From NCBI RefSeq assembly GCF_001194135.2, contig NC_068987.1, positions 62,039,757 to 62,088,823 on the forward strand: a stretch of 49,067 bases of DNA, given 5' to 3'. Positions within the stretch are counted from its first letter, which is position 1; the number at the start of each line of letters is the position of its first letter. Shown here piece after piece: positions 23,131-36,412 of this stretch. Position numbers and translations under genes: made by a program. A model generated the notes under the pieces. The model was not told where the DNA came from. It ran no database searches and was given only the letters and a program-made list of their open reading frames with translations. Source of the stretch: Octopus bimaculoides (lineage: Eukaryota).

Positions 23131-23965
23131 AAAGTTATTATGAACATCATGAATGTCATTAAAACCAATCCTACTAATGTCTGATTATTTTCTGAGCCAG
23201 CCAATGCCAAGAGCTGCTTATAAAAACTTGCTACTGGACTTGGAAGTTTGATGGTTGTCATGTGAAAAAATTCTTTAATAAATAATTGAGCTTCTTGATG
23301 AAATATATTTTTTTTTGTCATTAAAAAAAAAAATCTAGTAAATTTCTGATTGAGAAATTTGTGTTATATTTATCATATTTTGCTTACTTCTTCAATAAAG
23401 TCAATGCTTTCATCATGAACCTTTAAAGAGAACAGTACAACATGGAAAGAAACTGAGAAATTAGTAAACTGAATTATCAAGAAATTACATGTCATTTCCT
23501 TCTCCTCTAACTTTTTCAGAAGCGACAGAAATTGCAACCATTACCAGAAATATCTTCTTTGAACATCTAAAGAAAAGTGATAATTTTATGTACAAATACT
23601 TCCTGGGATTCCAGATAAAAGTACAATTGGATAGTGAATCCAATTATGTAATATTAAAGAAATTTTGGAAGAGTTAAGAAAAGAAATTGTTGATATGGAA
23701 TGTATTTGAAAACATTTCACTCTTGTAAAATTTCAAACCTTTTGGAGTAAATTTGTATCTACTCAACAGCACTCAAATTGCTGAAAGAGGGCTATACAAA
23801 TTCTGCTTCTTTTCATCTCAACATATTTGTGTTGGAAAAGACTTTTCTGCTTTAGCAAGAATAACAAAATACAGATGTCCCCAACAAGTGAAAGGTGTCA
23901 TGTGACTTGCCTTGACAAATGTTCACTCTAAGATCAATTATTTCAAAGTTAATTGCCACATTGAT
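23131..23965 (+). pseudogene. Decayed hAT transposase, Charlie/Buster group (C-terminal half)
   Basis: Frameshifted translation: IMNVIKTNPTNV*LF / YKNLLLDLEV*WLSCEKIL / NWIVNP / FQTFWSK / AIQILLLFISTYLC / FSALARITKYR..VM*LALTNVHSKI. This matches the family pattern LLLHTEVRWLSRGK..WIRNPF..FW..LLPF.STYLCE.GFS.L..IKTKYR.RL...DMRLAL. A TIR-like TTGCAAACCCCT lies near 24047-24058. Confidence 0.85.
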
Positions 23966-25649
23966 ATGGCTGTTCTATGTTACTCCTGTTTTAACCTCAG
24001 GCAGATCTACCGGCTGGTTATGGGTGCAGCCTGCACACTGTATATATTGCAAACCCCTACCATCCTCTAGCAGGTGACAAGATCGTGTGACTAACTCGGT
24101 TTCGAGCTAGTTTTGTTCATCCTCAGTCATGATCATCTGGCTACTTACATTATTATAGGTTTTATTTATGTGTACTATTATTTTCTGATAAATTACTTCC
24201 AACTTTTGAAACTTGTCCAAATTCATGGCAAAATAAATAAGTGAATAAAAATAAAATAGAAAAGAATCACATGGAGGTAAAATACTTTTGAATTTATTTG
24301 TAAAGAAGCTCGTAATTTTCACTAATGATTTGGCAGGGAGGCCTGATATTTGTCATGCTGAGAACTATTGGTAACTGTGTTAAGGTGTTTAAGCTCTTTT
24401 GATATTCCACAAATTGTCCAGTGTTTGCATAAAACCAAAGCATCTAGACTCGGATTGTTCACATATCTCATATGACTGATTGTTAAGACCATAATTTCAT
24501 TGTGTTGTATACTGCAATTATAGTGTCACCTGACCATGAGGATTTCTGTTCACTTACTGTTAATTTGTATTTTAAATAGATGGTGTTTTTTAAGTTCCAA
24601 AATGTTTAACTGTGATTAAATTTATAGATATTTACAACTTGAGATTTCTTGATGATTGCTTTAAAGTTCAATTGTATGTATGTATATACATACTTACAGT
24701 TGAGTATTAAAGCAATCACCAAGTGCCAGAATGTGTATATTTACAGTTATTAGTACCTAATTTTATATTTAATTTTTCAATAAGCAATAACAATTGGTAT
24801 ACATTTATAACCAATATGAAGGTAAATGTTGTCATAAGCTCCTCAATGAAAATCAAACCATGCTTATACTATGTTAAGTTGTGCTCAGTGAATTCTCAAT
24901 AAAACCTGTCGCATATTCACAAAGCAAATAAATACACACTATATGTAAAATACAGTTCAACATCGTAAGCAGAAGAAACACTATACTTAACAAGTCTACT
25001 ATTAGCTTGCTACACTCAATACATTTCATCAGGAAACTTACATATAAAATAGCTTCCTGTCTTGGAGAATTGTGGGATTTACCTTTCATTTTATTAATGT
25101 TAGAAATTGCTAGGTAGATTTCTTTGTCTGTGAAACCCTGTAGCTTTGAAACAGTCATCTTTAATATCAATAAAGTTTATTTCAAAACTTACTCACTTTA
25201 TCATATTTTCTCAACTTCTATTATGTCTTGGTTTATATACTAAATAGAGTGAAGAATATTTTCTTGAATCAAATTTTGAACTGTTTCATTATCTTCATTT
25301 GGGGAACCACTCTGGTGATTTCTTATATCACTCATTAAATAACATAATGGAAATTTGTTTTTGATTATGACAAATGTATTTCTTAGGTTTTGTGTCTCCA
25401 AATCTTGACTGTTATTATCTTATTGAGATATCACATTTGTCTCCTTTTATTTGTTGGTTATTGAAGAATTATATAAACATATGCATATTTAATTTGGTGT
25501 AAGTTCATGGTTTTAAAAAATCCATTGAAGTTTTTTTCAGTAGGAAATTACATATATTTTCACAAGGGAAATTATTGTAGGATTCAAATTAGAGAATTTG
25601 AACATTTTAAAGTTCTTAGCTAAATATAGGTTACATTTATCTGTCATCT

Positions 25650-26210
25650 CTTGAATGGAAGCTTGTACCATTTCAGTATCTGCTGATAGAACTCTCACAC
25701 ATGACCTCAATTCTGATGTGCCCCACAGCTAGTTGTACCACCCTCACTACTTTTGCTGCCTCTTCTATCTCCTAAGCAGATAATATTACTCTTCACTTCT
25801 TCCCAACCTTCCATTGTACACAGGCATCATTCATGCGCATCCAAGACACCACACATGAAAATTGCACTGTCCTCAAGAACACAGATTTCAAAACCCTCTT
25901 GAATGAGGATATGACAATCTTGTCTCTGTCAACAGCACAATAATACAATCATGGTTCGTATCAGGGAAATGTTCTCTAGCCTTGGACAATAATTGTGATC
26001 CTCAAAGCCTATACAGGTGGTAGGACTCAAAATTCCAGATGCTCTTTCTTGACATTCAAGTAAGAACCCTCCCCACTAATGGTATACAACAATATCTTGG
26101 ACACTGCTGCTCCAAGACATAAACATTGTAGATCACATCTAAATGAAAAATATCTGATAATTAAAGACTGAGTCCACAGCATACTATGATCTCTGGCTCA
26201 TAGACATACT
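25650..26210 (-). mobile_element. Highly decayed RTE-like LINE RT C-terminal fragment
   Basis: Weak minus-strand motifs RKSIWNFESYHLYRL*G and SWMRMNDACV resemble RTE KL..FE..CLRRILG and GHV.RM.D.R. Confidence 0.3.
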
Positions 26211-26236
26211 GTCTCTCTCTTTATGTAAGTCTATCG

Positions 26237-26383
26237 CAGCCATGAGCAAACTGCGGCCTGCTGGATTTTCTGAATGACACACCTAATGAAAAATTACATT
26301 AAATTCTTTTTAGTTGTGCAGCCCACCTGATGATGATCCATATCTCATGCAGCCTGCTTCTTGGAAAAAGTTTCCCATGGTTT
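26237..26383. mobile_element. Decayed hAT-type MITE
   Basis: Left end CAGCCATGAGCAAACTGCGGCCTGC and right end AAAAAGTTTCCCATGGTT are imperfectly complementary. No TSD recovered. Confidence 0.45.
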
Positions 26384-28248
26384 ATTGCCACAATGTCTTA
26401 AACTCCTGGGAACTAGCTAGTGTTATACCACTTCTACCTAAACCCACCTAACATACTAATCACCCCCTCTTATCCCATATACTACGTACCCATTTCTTTC
26501 AGGTCATGCACTACTCATTATGCTTGATTGCTTCTCCCCAGAATCTCAAGACTATGGTAGATAGCACTTGTTTAAAGTACTGCACTAAGGGATTGAACTC
26601 AGAGCCACATGATTACAAAGTGAACTTTTTCACCACACGGCCATACCTTGCTACTGAACCTCATTTCAGAAACTGTACTATCAGTTTAAATATTAAACAA
26701 ATTTCAGTTTCTATAGAAACTATATGTAAAAGTTAAAATTAGCTACAATAATTGTTTGCTTTGTTTTTTTGCTATTAGTTTAAAATTTGAGTCTTTGTTT
26801 ATAAGTATAAGCAATATAAAATTTCAATTGAAAATAGGAATTTATTTTCCTCTTTGAACAGATGATCTAACATTTTTCAATATATCTTAAGGAAATACTG
26901 ATAATCTTTCATAAATAAAATTGCACCAAAAAAATAAAACTCTAAACTGAGTTGAAATTAAATAAGATGTGCATTTTTACTGACAGCATCCACTATCAAT
27001 TTTAATCCAAAAAATTCTTGAAAATTCCACTCTTTCTTCTTTATCGATTACCATAGATCTTAGATTAAAATGCTTCCAGGGAAATTCCAGCAGTGCCTGC
27101 CATACAATGTACAAACTATGAAATTCAGATCAAAATATGAAAACATATTCAAATTTATTTCACACTAATGGTAAAAGGAGTTTTGGTCTATATCCTAAGG
27201 GTAATGCGAGAACACTTCAACAGCTACAGCAAGGTTATTTTAATTCTAATTGTTGTCTTATCACCCATGGGGTAACTGAAGACTGACTATACACACCTTT
27301 ATATAGTTAAATTTATCAACTGTGAGCATGAAACAACCCAATGAAGTGACAGAATATGTGAACTAGATATCAAAATTAGTGCAACCAAAATAGATCAAAA
27401 CAACCATTCAGCCATTCTCTTAATATTCATCTCTCTCTCATTTACTCTCTCTCTTTCTCTCTCTCACACACATACACATACATTACAGCAGTATTTAATT
27501 TTTTTTTTTCAATAACAGATTTAAGTAATTATTTCTAAGTGTGGTGTATAATAATTTTTAAATAATTTAAATTTTATCAATTTCTTGATGTGAAAAACAC
27601 AACAAAAAGCCACTAAGAAACTTAATTTCAGCAAAACTCACTTAAAAAACCCATGTTCTCTTATGATCCTTCAAAGGAGTCCCATTTCAGCTTCAGCCAT
27701 TTGTATTTCTGATCATATTCATTCATGACCATAGTTGAGGATAAACACAAAAAAAACTGAATTGAAGACAGCAAATTTGGCTTTTTTTACCAACCCCTCC
27801 TCTTTTGAGAATCAAATGCTGAAGCTTGTGCATTACTGTGACTGCACCTGCAGTTCTAGCATTCCACAGTTAGGCTAAAATATATTGAAATATGTTTGCA
27901 TATATAAAATCATATTTAATTTCCAAATATTTCTTTCATCACACTTTCTCTCAAATATAGACAAATGTTTGTTCTGTTTGCACATTTTTCTGCTTTCTAC
28001 ATTGTCAACTTGTGAATGGTGTAATTAAATATCATAGTCATCACAGTTATTGTCATAAAAAATTCACGGGCATTATGTATTTCAGTTGTTACAATTATCA
28101 TTCATCTAATTTAAATATATTTGTAAATTTATTATTTGAATATAGAAACATATTTAACAAACTTAATTCTCAGAGTAACAGGATTGAATTTCTAGTGTAT
28201 TGAAAATAATGAAATCCTTAAATTTTCATTATTAGAGCTACAAAACAT

Positions 28249-28291
<43 letters not shown>

Positions 28292-28429
28292 GATTTCATA
28301 TATTATTCTTGGAAATATCTACTAAAATCATACTTTTTTAAACAGTTTAGCTCAATTTGATATATGTAAACATTTAAATACATTTTAATCACACAGCAGT
28401 AAAATAGTAATGTGAAAAGAATTGATTAT

Positions 28430-28860
28430 ATCTTGTTACATATCCATATTTTGTAACATTCCTTATACTTCTGTTATATGTCTATATTTTGTGTCATGCC
28501 TATACTCTTGTTACATGTCCACATCTTATAACATGCTTACACTTTTGTTATATTCCTATATTTTGTAACACACCTACTCTATTGTTACATGTCTATATTT
28601 TGTGTCATGCCTATACTCTTGTTACATGTCCATATCTTATAACATACTTACACTTCTGTTATATTCCTATATTTTGTAACACACCTACTCTATTGTTACA
28701 TGTCTATATTTTGTAGCATTCCTTACACTTCTGTTATATGTCTATATTTTGTAACATGCCTATATTTTGTAACATGCCTACTTTCCTGTTATCTGTCTAT
28801 ATTTTGTAGCATGTCATTGTTATGTTTGTATTTTTGTTACATGTTCATACTTTTGTTGTT
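28430..28860. repeat. Minisatellite, 18-19-bp monomer with a 111-bp higher-order repeat
   Basis: Monomer approximates CATGCCTATATTTTGT(T/A)A. The block starting ATGTCTATATTTTGT recurs at 28478, 28589 and 28700. Confidence 0.9.
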
Positions 28861-29235
28861 TATTTTTTTATATAAGTTATTATTGGAGTAATATACTTTT
28901 TTCTTAATTTGATATTAGCTTCATATGTGTTTCTACCCATTCTGGATAAGATTATGGAAATCCTGTGATGGGAATAAAGCTTCTCTGCATCCAATCTTAA
29001 GCAAAGGACTCATATNNNNNNNNNNNNNNNNNNNNNNNNNNNNNNNNNNNNNNNNNNNNNNNNNNNNNNNNNNNNNNNNNNNNNNNNNNNNNNNNNNNNN
29101 NNNNNNNNNNNNNNNNNNNNNNNNNNNNNNNNNNNNNNNNNNNNNNNNNNNNNNNNNNNNNNNNNNNNNNNNNNNNNNNNNNNNNNNNNNNNNNNNNNNN
29201 NNNNNNNNNNNNNNNNNNNNNNNNNNNNNNNNNNN

Positions 29236-29278
<43 letters not shown>

Positions 29279-30082
29279 AGTCATGATTATAGTGGATCTC
29301 TTTATGGTAAAGATGTCCACTTAAAACAAATAGCTGTGTTTGAGGAATTTAATAAGCCAGGACTGTTGCACAGTAGACATTACATGCAGCCTGAAATAAA
29401 GTCCTGTGTCAAAATCCAGTCAGTGGTGGTTAGGTTAAATTGTTAGTGACAAAAGAGGTAATTCTTGCCAACTGTCTTACCTCAGTTTATTGGCAAAATT
29501 GATGCATTCAGTATAGCAAACCTGACAAAATTCTGATCAATTTTATACTGCTGCTGTTGTTGCTATTGAATGTTGTAAGTCATTTCCATTCTCTGGAACT
29601 TTTTATCATTCACAGCTACATGAATAAATCCAGTTGAAACTTAAGTGCCTTGGCTATGGATGCAATGCAGTTTCAGTGAAAAAAAATATGAACTGTCAAC
29701 CTTTCAAATAGTTATTTATACATCATGGGCTCTGCTTCTTTCATCTAATAAACCATTAAAAAAGATTATCAAATCATCCTTCAATACTGCAGTGTAGTTA
29801 AATACTAAAATTAAAATTGCCTCTAATTTTGTGAAATGTTTACTTCTTAAAAAAAAAAAAAGCCCCTGAAGATGGTAAAAGAAAAAAAAACCTATAGTCC
29901 AATAAGATAGGATAACTCCATGCAATTCCCTTATCTATTTGTATCTTGTTTCTCTAAATCCAAATTCATTTCATTTTGTTTTAATTTTTCTTTTGACCTT
30001 ACATTTTATACATTCTACACAATTATATCCTATAAACAATTTTATATTTTCTTGGTCTCATTAATCTTTTATTTCATTATAG

Positions 30083-30300
30083 ATTCAAGAGACACGAGAA
30101 ATTCACTGCCAGTATCTAACAATTTCCTACAAGTTTGCAATGAGGATAATCTAAGCAGATGTAGCAGTACAGTTGAGTTGGTTCCTAATACACCAGAAAC
30201 AAAAGCTTCCAAACAAAAATCAATGGAGGAGGGCCAGCTCTATGCTTACGAAAACACACTGCAATTAGATGACGAAGAGAGAAAAGATATCATGGTGTAA
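30083..30300 (+). CDS. Probable coding exon of an unidentified gene (terminal, or internal with a donor after 30296)
   Basis: Acceptor TTAATCTTTTATTTCATTATAG|, then 72 open codons in phase 1: (D)SRDTRNSLPVSNNFLQVCNEDNLSRCSSTVELVPNTPETKASKQKSMEEGQLYAYENTLQLDDEERKDIMV*. GC and CpG content are higher than the flanks and the sequence is not repeat-like. Confidence 0.55.
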
Positions 30301-30465
30301 TGAAGCCATGTTGAGAACAAACCTCTTTTGTTTCAAGCTTATGTGCATGGATGTACAAAAACGAAGATACATGCATGCAAAATTTTTGTCTCTGCTACAA
30401 AAGTGTATATTTACACAAGCATAAACTTTCATGTAAATATAATCGTATGTGTGAGTGTGCATATG

Positions 30466-30524
<59 letters not shown>

Positions 30525-31731
30525 NNNNNNNNNNNNNNNNNNNNNNNNNNNNNNNNNNNNNNNNNNNNNNNNNNNNNNNNNNNNNNNNNNNNNNNNNNNN
30601 NNNNNNNNNNNNNNNNNNNNNNNNNNNNNNNNNNNNNNNNNNNNNNNNNNNNNNNNNNNNNNNNNNNNNNNNNNNNNNNNNNNNNNNNNNNNNNNNNNNN
30701 NNNNNNNNNNNNNNNNNNNNNNNNNNNNNNNNNNNNNNNNNNNNNNNNNNNNNNNNNNNNNNNNNNNNNNNNNNNNNNNNNNNNNNNNNNNNNNNNNNNN
30801 NNNNNNNNNNNNNNNNNNNNNNNNNNNNNNNNNNNNNNNNNNNNNNNNNNNNNNNNNNNNNNNNNNNNNNNNNNNNNNNNNNNNNNNNNNNNNNNNNNNN
30901 NNNNNNNNNNNNNNNNNNNNNNNNNNNNNNNNNNNNNNNNNNNNNNNNNNNNNNNNNNNNNNNNNNNNNNNNNNNNNNNNNNNNNNNNNNNNNNNNNNNN
31001 NNNNNNNNNNNNNNNNNNNNNNNNNNNNNNNNNNNNNNNNNNNNNNNNNNNNNNNNNNNNNNNNNNNNNNNNNNNNNNNNNNNNNNNNNNNNNNNNNNNN
31101 NNNNNNNNNNNNNNNNNNNNNNNNNNNNNNNNNNNNNNNNNNNNNNNNNNNNNNNNNNNNNNNNNNNNNNNNNNNNNNNNNNNNNNNNNNNNNNNNNNNN
31201 NNNNNNNNNNNNNNNNNNNNNNNNNNNNNNNNNNNNNNNNNNNNNNNNNNNNNNNNNNNNNNNNNNNNNNNTATATATACATATATAGTTATGAGTGTGT
31301 GTGTATTTAAATGTATACATATATATATATATGTATGTATATATGTAGTGTACTGTTCATTTTCAGAGTTACTAATTCTTTATACGCAGTCTCTTATTAG
31401 CAAAAAAAAAAAAAAAAAAAACTCCAAGTTTCATAATCTTCAAATTATGGCTGAGCTGGGCCAGAACATCTTTTTTCCTAGAATTAAATTAAATTGCTCC
31501 AAATAAGAGACTGTATTTGATATATTATATTAAGCATATGTGTGTACATGTGTTATATGTATGTATGAAGATTGTTTGTTGTTAAGTTGGTTTTGGAACT
31601 ACATAGTTTGGAATTTACATCCACTGCATGGGCAGTGTTGGATGGTGTTCTCTAGTATAGCATCAGATTGACCAATAAAACTTACGAGTGAAATTTGTTA
31701 CACAGACACTGGAAGAAGCCCTTCATGTATG

Positions 31732-31810
<79 letters not shown>

Positions 31811-33829
31811 ATGTCTATGAGAAATTATGATAAACACAAGTTTATATCATTTGTTCCTACTTACATTTTGCCATTGTGCAGTTGGATGTTTAACGATAAT
31901 GGTAATTTCTACATTTGCTCCATATATCTTAACCAGTAGTACTACTAAGAACAGTAGTAGCCACCACCATTATATTAGAAGCAGACTGGATGATGATAAT
32001 CTACATGGAGCTCTAAATTCAAGAGTAGCAGTCATACATCTTGTGCACACAAGATGTACTCTATGTGTGTGTGTGTGTGCACTCGGCAAAATATTATGCT
32101 CCTTATATTGATATATGAATGTCAATAGTAAACACAGTATCATTGTTCATACAAATTATACTTTTTTTTTTTATGCAATGTTCTATAAAAGCATACCTGG
32201 GTTGTTCATTGTTCAGTAGATTAGGCTAAGGGAAACAGTACCTTCCTTAGAAATATAAGGTTGGTGGCAGAAAGAGCAGAAAAGCATCCTACTATGACAA
32301 ATCTTCTCCAATCAAGCCCAGTCTAATCATGCAAGCATTGAGAAGTAGACATTTAAACAACAACAACAGTGGTGGTGGTGGTGGTAATATATATGTGTGT
32401 GAGTGTATATATATATATATATGTATATATATTCACACACATACATACACTTATGTGTGAGTGTATATATGTATGTGTGTTTGTGTGTCTTTAGTGATAG
32501 AAACAGGAGCAATAGAACTCAAAAATGTAAACTAGAACATATATTTCCTCATTTCTTAGCTGTGAAAGTACATTAGTGACTCAAAAGTCTACAGTTTGTG
32601 TATGACATTTGAAATTTGATAGGTGTCTTGTATGAACCTTTTGGCTCTAGAGTCACTTATATAGTTTCATGGCTTATAAATGAATAAATAAATACATATA
32701 TATAAATCAGATAAAACAGAATCCTAGGAAACTGGTGGTGTTCTGCATCAGCAAGACTTGTATTATTTGGAGAAAATGACAGATAGGCTAATTGCCTTGG
32801 AAAGTGGAGTTTCCATCAATTTAGACAAAGTCTTTCACCAGGGGTTAAGATGATGGAGTGAAGGAAAGAATTTTACATTACATCCTTAGTGTTTGAGCAA
32901 TTGACTACAACTGATGAGGAACACAAAACAACATGACCGTGCATATGTAATCAGAAAGCAGTAGGAATGAGAATGGTGGAAGGAAAGAGAAATGTAAAGA
33001 GGAAGAGAAGCTAGCCAGAATGACGTGGAGGGAAAAATTAAGATGAAAGAGGAACTGAAAGATAAAACAGAGTCGGTGAAGAAGCAGAAATAGAAAATGT
33101 TCAATGAAACCTGTCGGTGCTTTGAATATGACACATTGTTCTTTCTGTTTCTTTGAGTGTACACTAATATCACACGCTGATGAATGGATAATGGAATGGG
33201 CTGTTTTTGTTTTGTTTGTTTGTTTGTTTGTTTTTCTTTTTGAAGTGGGTGGCAAAGGGTTGGCCTGGTATTTGTAGTGGTAGGGTGCTTCAAATGCATA
33301 TATGTATACAAGTTGCATATATATATGTAAATGTGTGTTTTTCTATAACCCCCATTCAAACTTAGTAGTCAGGCCTGCATGACATATGCTCATGAACACA
33401 GAATTATGTGCTGTCTCAAAGATGAGACATATTATGTCATTTCAAACAGCTTGGAGGGAAATTTGATCTTGAGTTGAAGTCAACGTCCATGAGTGATGTA
33501 GCATAGACTAAAGAGGGAGAGAGTGTACACACACACATGCATATATACAACCCTTAACAAGATTAGATATTGAGAATAATATTATGCATTGTTTTAGAAT
33601 AGATGTGATTCTTTACAGATGGACACACTGTTCACTCTGTACATGCTTTTCAAATGTCAGCTACTTCACTGAGAGTAAATGGTGCTCTTTTCATGACTCC
33701 ATTTCTAGAGCAGTCATTATGTAACTTACAAGTCTGAAGAAAGCATTTAACTGAATGAGAGTATAGTAGAGAAGGGTGCAATTTTATATTATATGTTGAG
33801 AGGTTAATGTAAGTTTCTTACTGTAGACT

Positions 33830-34289
33830 ACCTTTTATCATAAGAAGACAAATGGGAGTTATTGAGGTAAAGTTGGAAAGATGGTAGTGACTTCAAGGTT
33901 ATTAGAAGGTGAATAAAAGAGTAGGACCAGAAGCTCAAGCAAGGTGGGTGAGTAGAGATTGTAAGGTTGTGTGGAGAGTGACAGATGTATAGTGATAGGT
34001 GGTCAGAAGTACTTAATGGGTGAGTCAGGAGAAAGTGGTTTAGGAGAGAGGGTGAGATGACTGGTAGCACAGAAAGGGAGTGGGGAGATACACTGTTAAG
34101 AATGAAGTGTAGATACCAAAAGGAGTGGAAGAAGTAGCAAGACATAAAAGGATGATGAAATATGTAATTATTCTCAGATTTAATTACAGCAAAAGACTAC
34201 CACAATAGTTCAGAGAGTGATGACAATATGAATGATAGGCAGATGAGGGGCTAATGGAGAAAGTTTGACAGAAACAAATTGGATGAGGA
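33830..34289 (-). mobile_element. Possible decayed LINE APE-endonuclease fragment
   Basis: Minus frame LLNHFLLTHPLSTSDHLSLY resembles the LD...T...PL..SDH end of APE domains. Strong purine/pyrimidine strand skew. Confidence 0.35.
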
Positions 34290-34639
34290 NNNNNNNNNNN
34301 NNNNNNNNNNNNNNNNNNNNNNNNNNNNNNNNNNNNNNNNNNNNNNNNNNNNNNNNNNNNNNNNNNNNNNNNTATATATATATATATATATATATGCATT
34401 ATACTTCTAGAATCTCAGATTTATAGTGATGAGCAGCTCTTCTCAAGCACCACATATCACCAGTCATTCATGTATGTCACATGCACATACCAATGCATTC
34501 TTCTCTCTTGTACACTACACTTGATTCCTCTTATGCCCATTTTTTCTCTTAACATATTTGTACTTCACTATTCGTGCACACAGGTGTTGCACATCTGATG
34601 GAGCATGCTAGCTTTGTTTTTTTTAAACTTATTCTCTAG

Positions 34640-34711
34640 GCTCTGCAAGTCTAGAAGGCTTCAAAGCATTGAAGTTCATACTCAGACATCATACAATCTG
34701 TCTTTCACTCT
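34640..34711 (+). CDS. Candidate 72-nt internal exon
   Basis: TTTGTTTTTTTTAAACTTATTCTCTAG| ... TCT|GTAAGA. Open in phase 2 (LCKSRRLQSIEVHTQTSYNLSFT) and in phase 1 (SASLEGFKALKFILRHHTICLSL). Confidence 0.35.
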
Positions 34712-35001
34712 GTAAGAGAAACCTTTTTTTTTTTTTACCATCAGAGGTAATATCTCTCTGAATTTTCTTTAACTTACTCTTACTTTCACTTCTGTGCTTT
34801 TAGAATATCCTGCTCCACTAAATCAAATTCAAATACAGAATTCAATAAGAAATAGTTTAGATATGTTTTAGTTTTAATTTCTCAAAAACCAAAACTTAAA
34901 ATATGTTGATTTTGTTACTCTTTAAAATTAAATTATTAAAAAACAAATTATTAGTTGCATTAGCATTTCAGTGACATTTCAGAAGAGATGGTAGTTTAGA
35001 T

Positions 35002-35235
35002 CAGTGGTTCTCAAGCAGAGGCTATATAAGATTTTGTTGTTAAAATATGTGTAATAAACTGGTTATATTTCTACAATACACATAATATTTAAACAATTTT
35101 TTATACAATTCCTAATAATATTTAATCATAAAAATTTAATAGAAGTTTTTTATACATATGGCTGTGGGGTCCCTTCTGACCAAGTAAAATAAAAATCAAA
35201 GGGGTCCATGGGTATAAAATGGTTGAGAACCACTG
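35002..35235. mobile_element. hAT (Charlie/Buster-type) MITE
   Basis: Perfect 13-bp TIRs CAGTGGTTCTCAA / TTGAGAACCACTG. 8-bp TSD-like GTTTAGAT (34994-35001) / GTCTAGAT (35239-35246) with central TA. Confidence 0.9.
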
Positions 35236-35842
35236 GTTGTCTAGATAAACAGAATGTGATTATGTACGTTATGCAACACTGTTATGTTAATAACATTGTT
35301 TCATAGTGTATGTTTTGATGTTAAATGATGATGATAATGTTCTTATGTATTATACTATAAATATTGTTATAGTATAATACATAAGAACATAATCTCTCAA
35401 AATAAAAGTAATTTTGTTTTCTTTTTAGTCAAAATGTTAATTATCTCAATCTATTATTATAAATTAACTATTATGAATTAACTCACAAAAGTTTGATAAT
35501 ATGAAATTCATTTGGTTCATTAAAGCTTATCAAGTCCAGATTTATAGGAAAATAAAACAGAAATAATGCAATACGCTTGAAGTATAATTCAGTTATTGAA
35601 TAAACTATTATTGTTTAGATCCCTTATCCCAATTATTTTTAATTATTCATATAATAGTTATATTTTTTGTCCCTTGGTCTAATGCAGTAATTAGTTGTTT
35701 TGCAGATTAGAAGTTTCCAGCAATGCGTGAACATCCCTATTGACTTCAGGAGTTGTTTGTGACGGATTTACACACACACGTGTGTGTGTGTATGTAAGTA
35801 TGCATATGAATATATGTATTGTTATATATATGTATTATGTAT

Positions 35843-35884
<42 letters not shown>

Positions 35885-36412
35885 GAAATTCATAGAATGA
35901 CTAGGGAACAGGAATTACATAATCAACTTCAATAGCTGTTTCTGCTACATTATATCATTCCTGTTCTCTTGCCATTCCATTAATTTCATATTATATTCTG
36001 TACTTTTATAACACTTTATTCTGAAGCATATGTATGTTGAATTCTAACAACAGGTTATTAGTATCACTGTCATCATCATTTAACATCTGGTTTCCATGCT
36101 GGCATGGGTTGGACCACTATATGTAAGTGAAATCATAATATATGTTCTTTGTCTTTTCTTCATTTTTTTTTATAAATGCTCAGTGGAGTAAGTAAAGTAA
36201 CTACAGCCAAAAAAATGATCCTGGTCATAAATTTGGTTTTATTAGAACTAAACCACCTCTGCAATGGCGCCCACTTTTTCTGATACTGAAATCATATCAA
36301 TAAAGACTCCAATATAATTGCAATGACTGAGTGTTACATTGATTGACCTAAACATTTGAGATTTTGGTTCAAACAACAGTTTTGTTACTTTATTTTGTCT
36401 CATTTTGCTCAG

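Noticed and set aside
28430-28860. CRISPR-like array or repeat protein
   Set aside because: No unique spacers, it is a pure tandem minisatellite in eukaryotic DNA, and the ORF has no splice or start context.
29513-29574. Hydrophobic exon candidate YSKPDKILINFILLLLLLLNV|GTAAGT as the TM exon upstream of 30083
   Set aside because: It ends in phase 0 while 30083 needs phase 1, and the Leu run comes from a CTG/TTG microsatellite-like tract.
33619-33741. Open phase-1 frame after TTCTTTACAG (DGHTVHSVHAFQMSATSLR...)
   Set aside because: Weak donors, no recognisable motif, and it does not fit the phase-2 chain.
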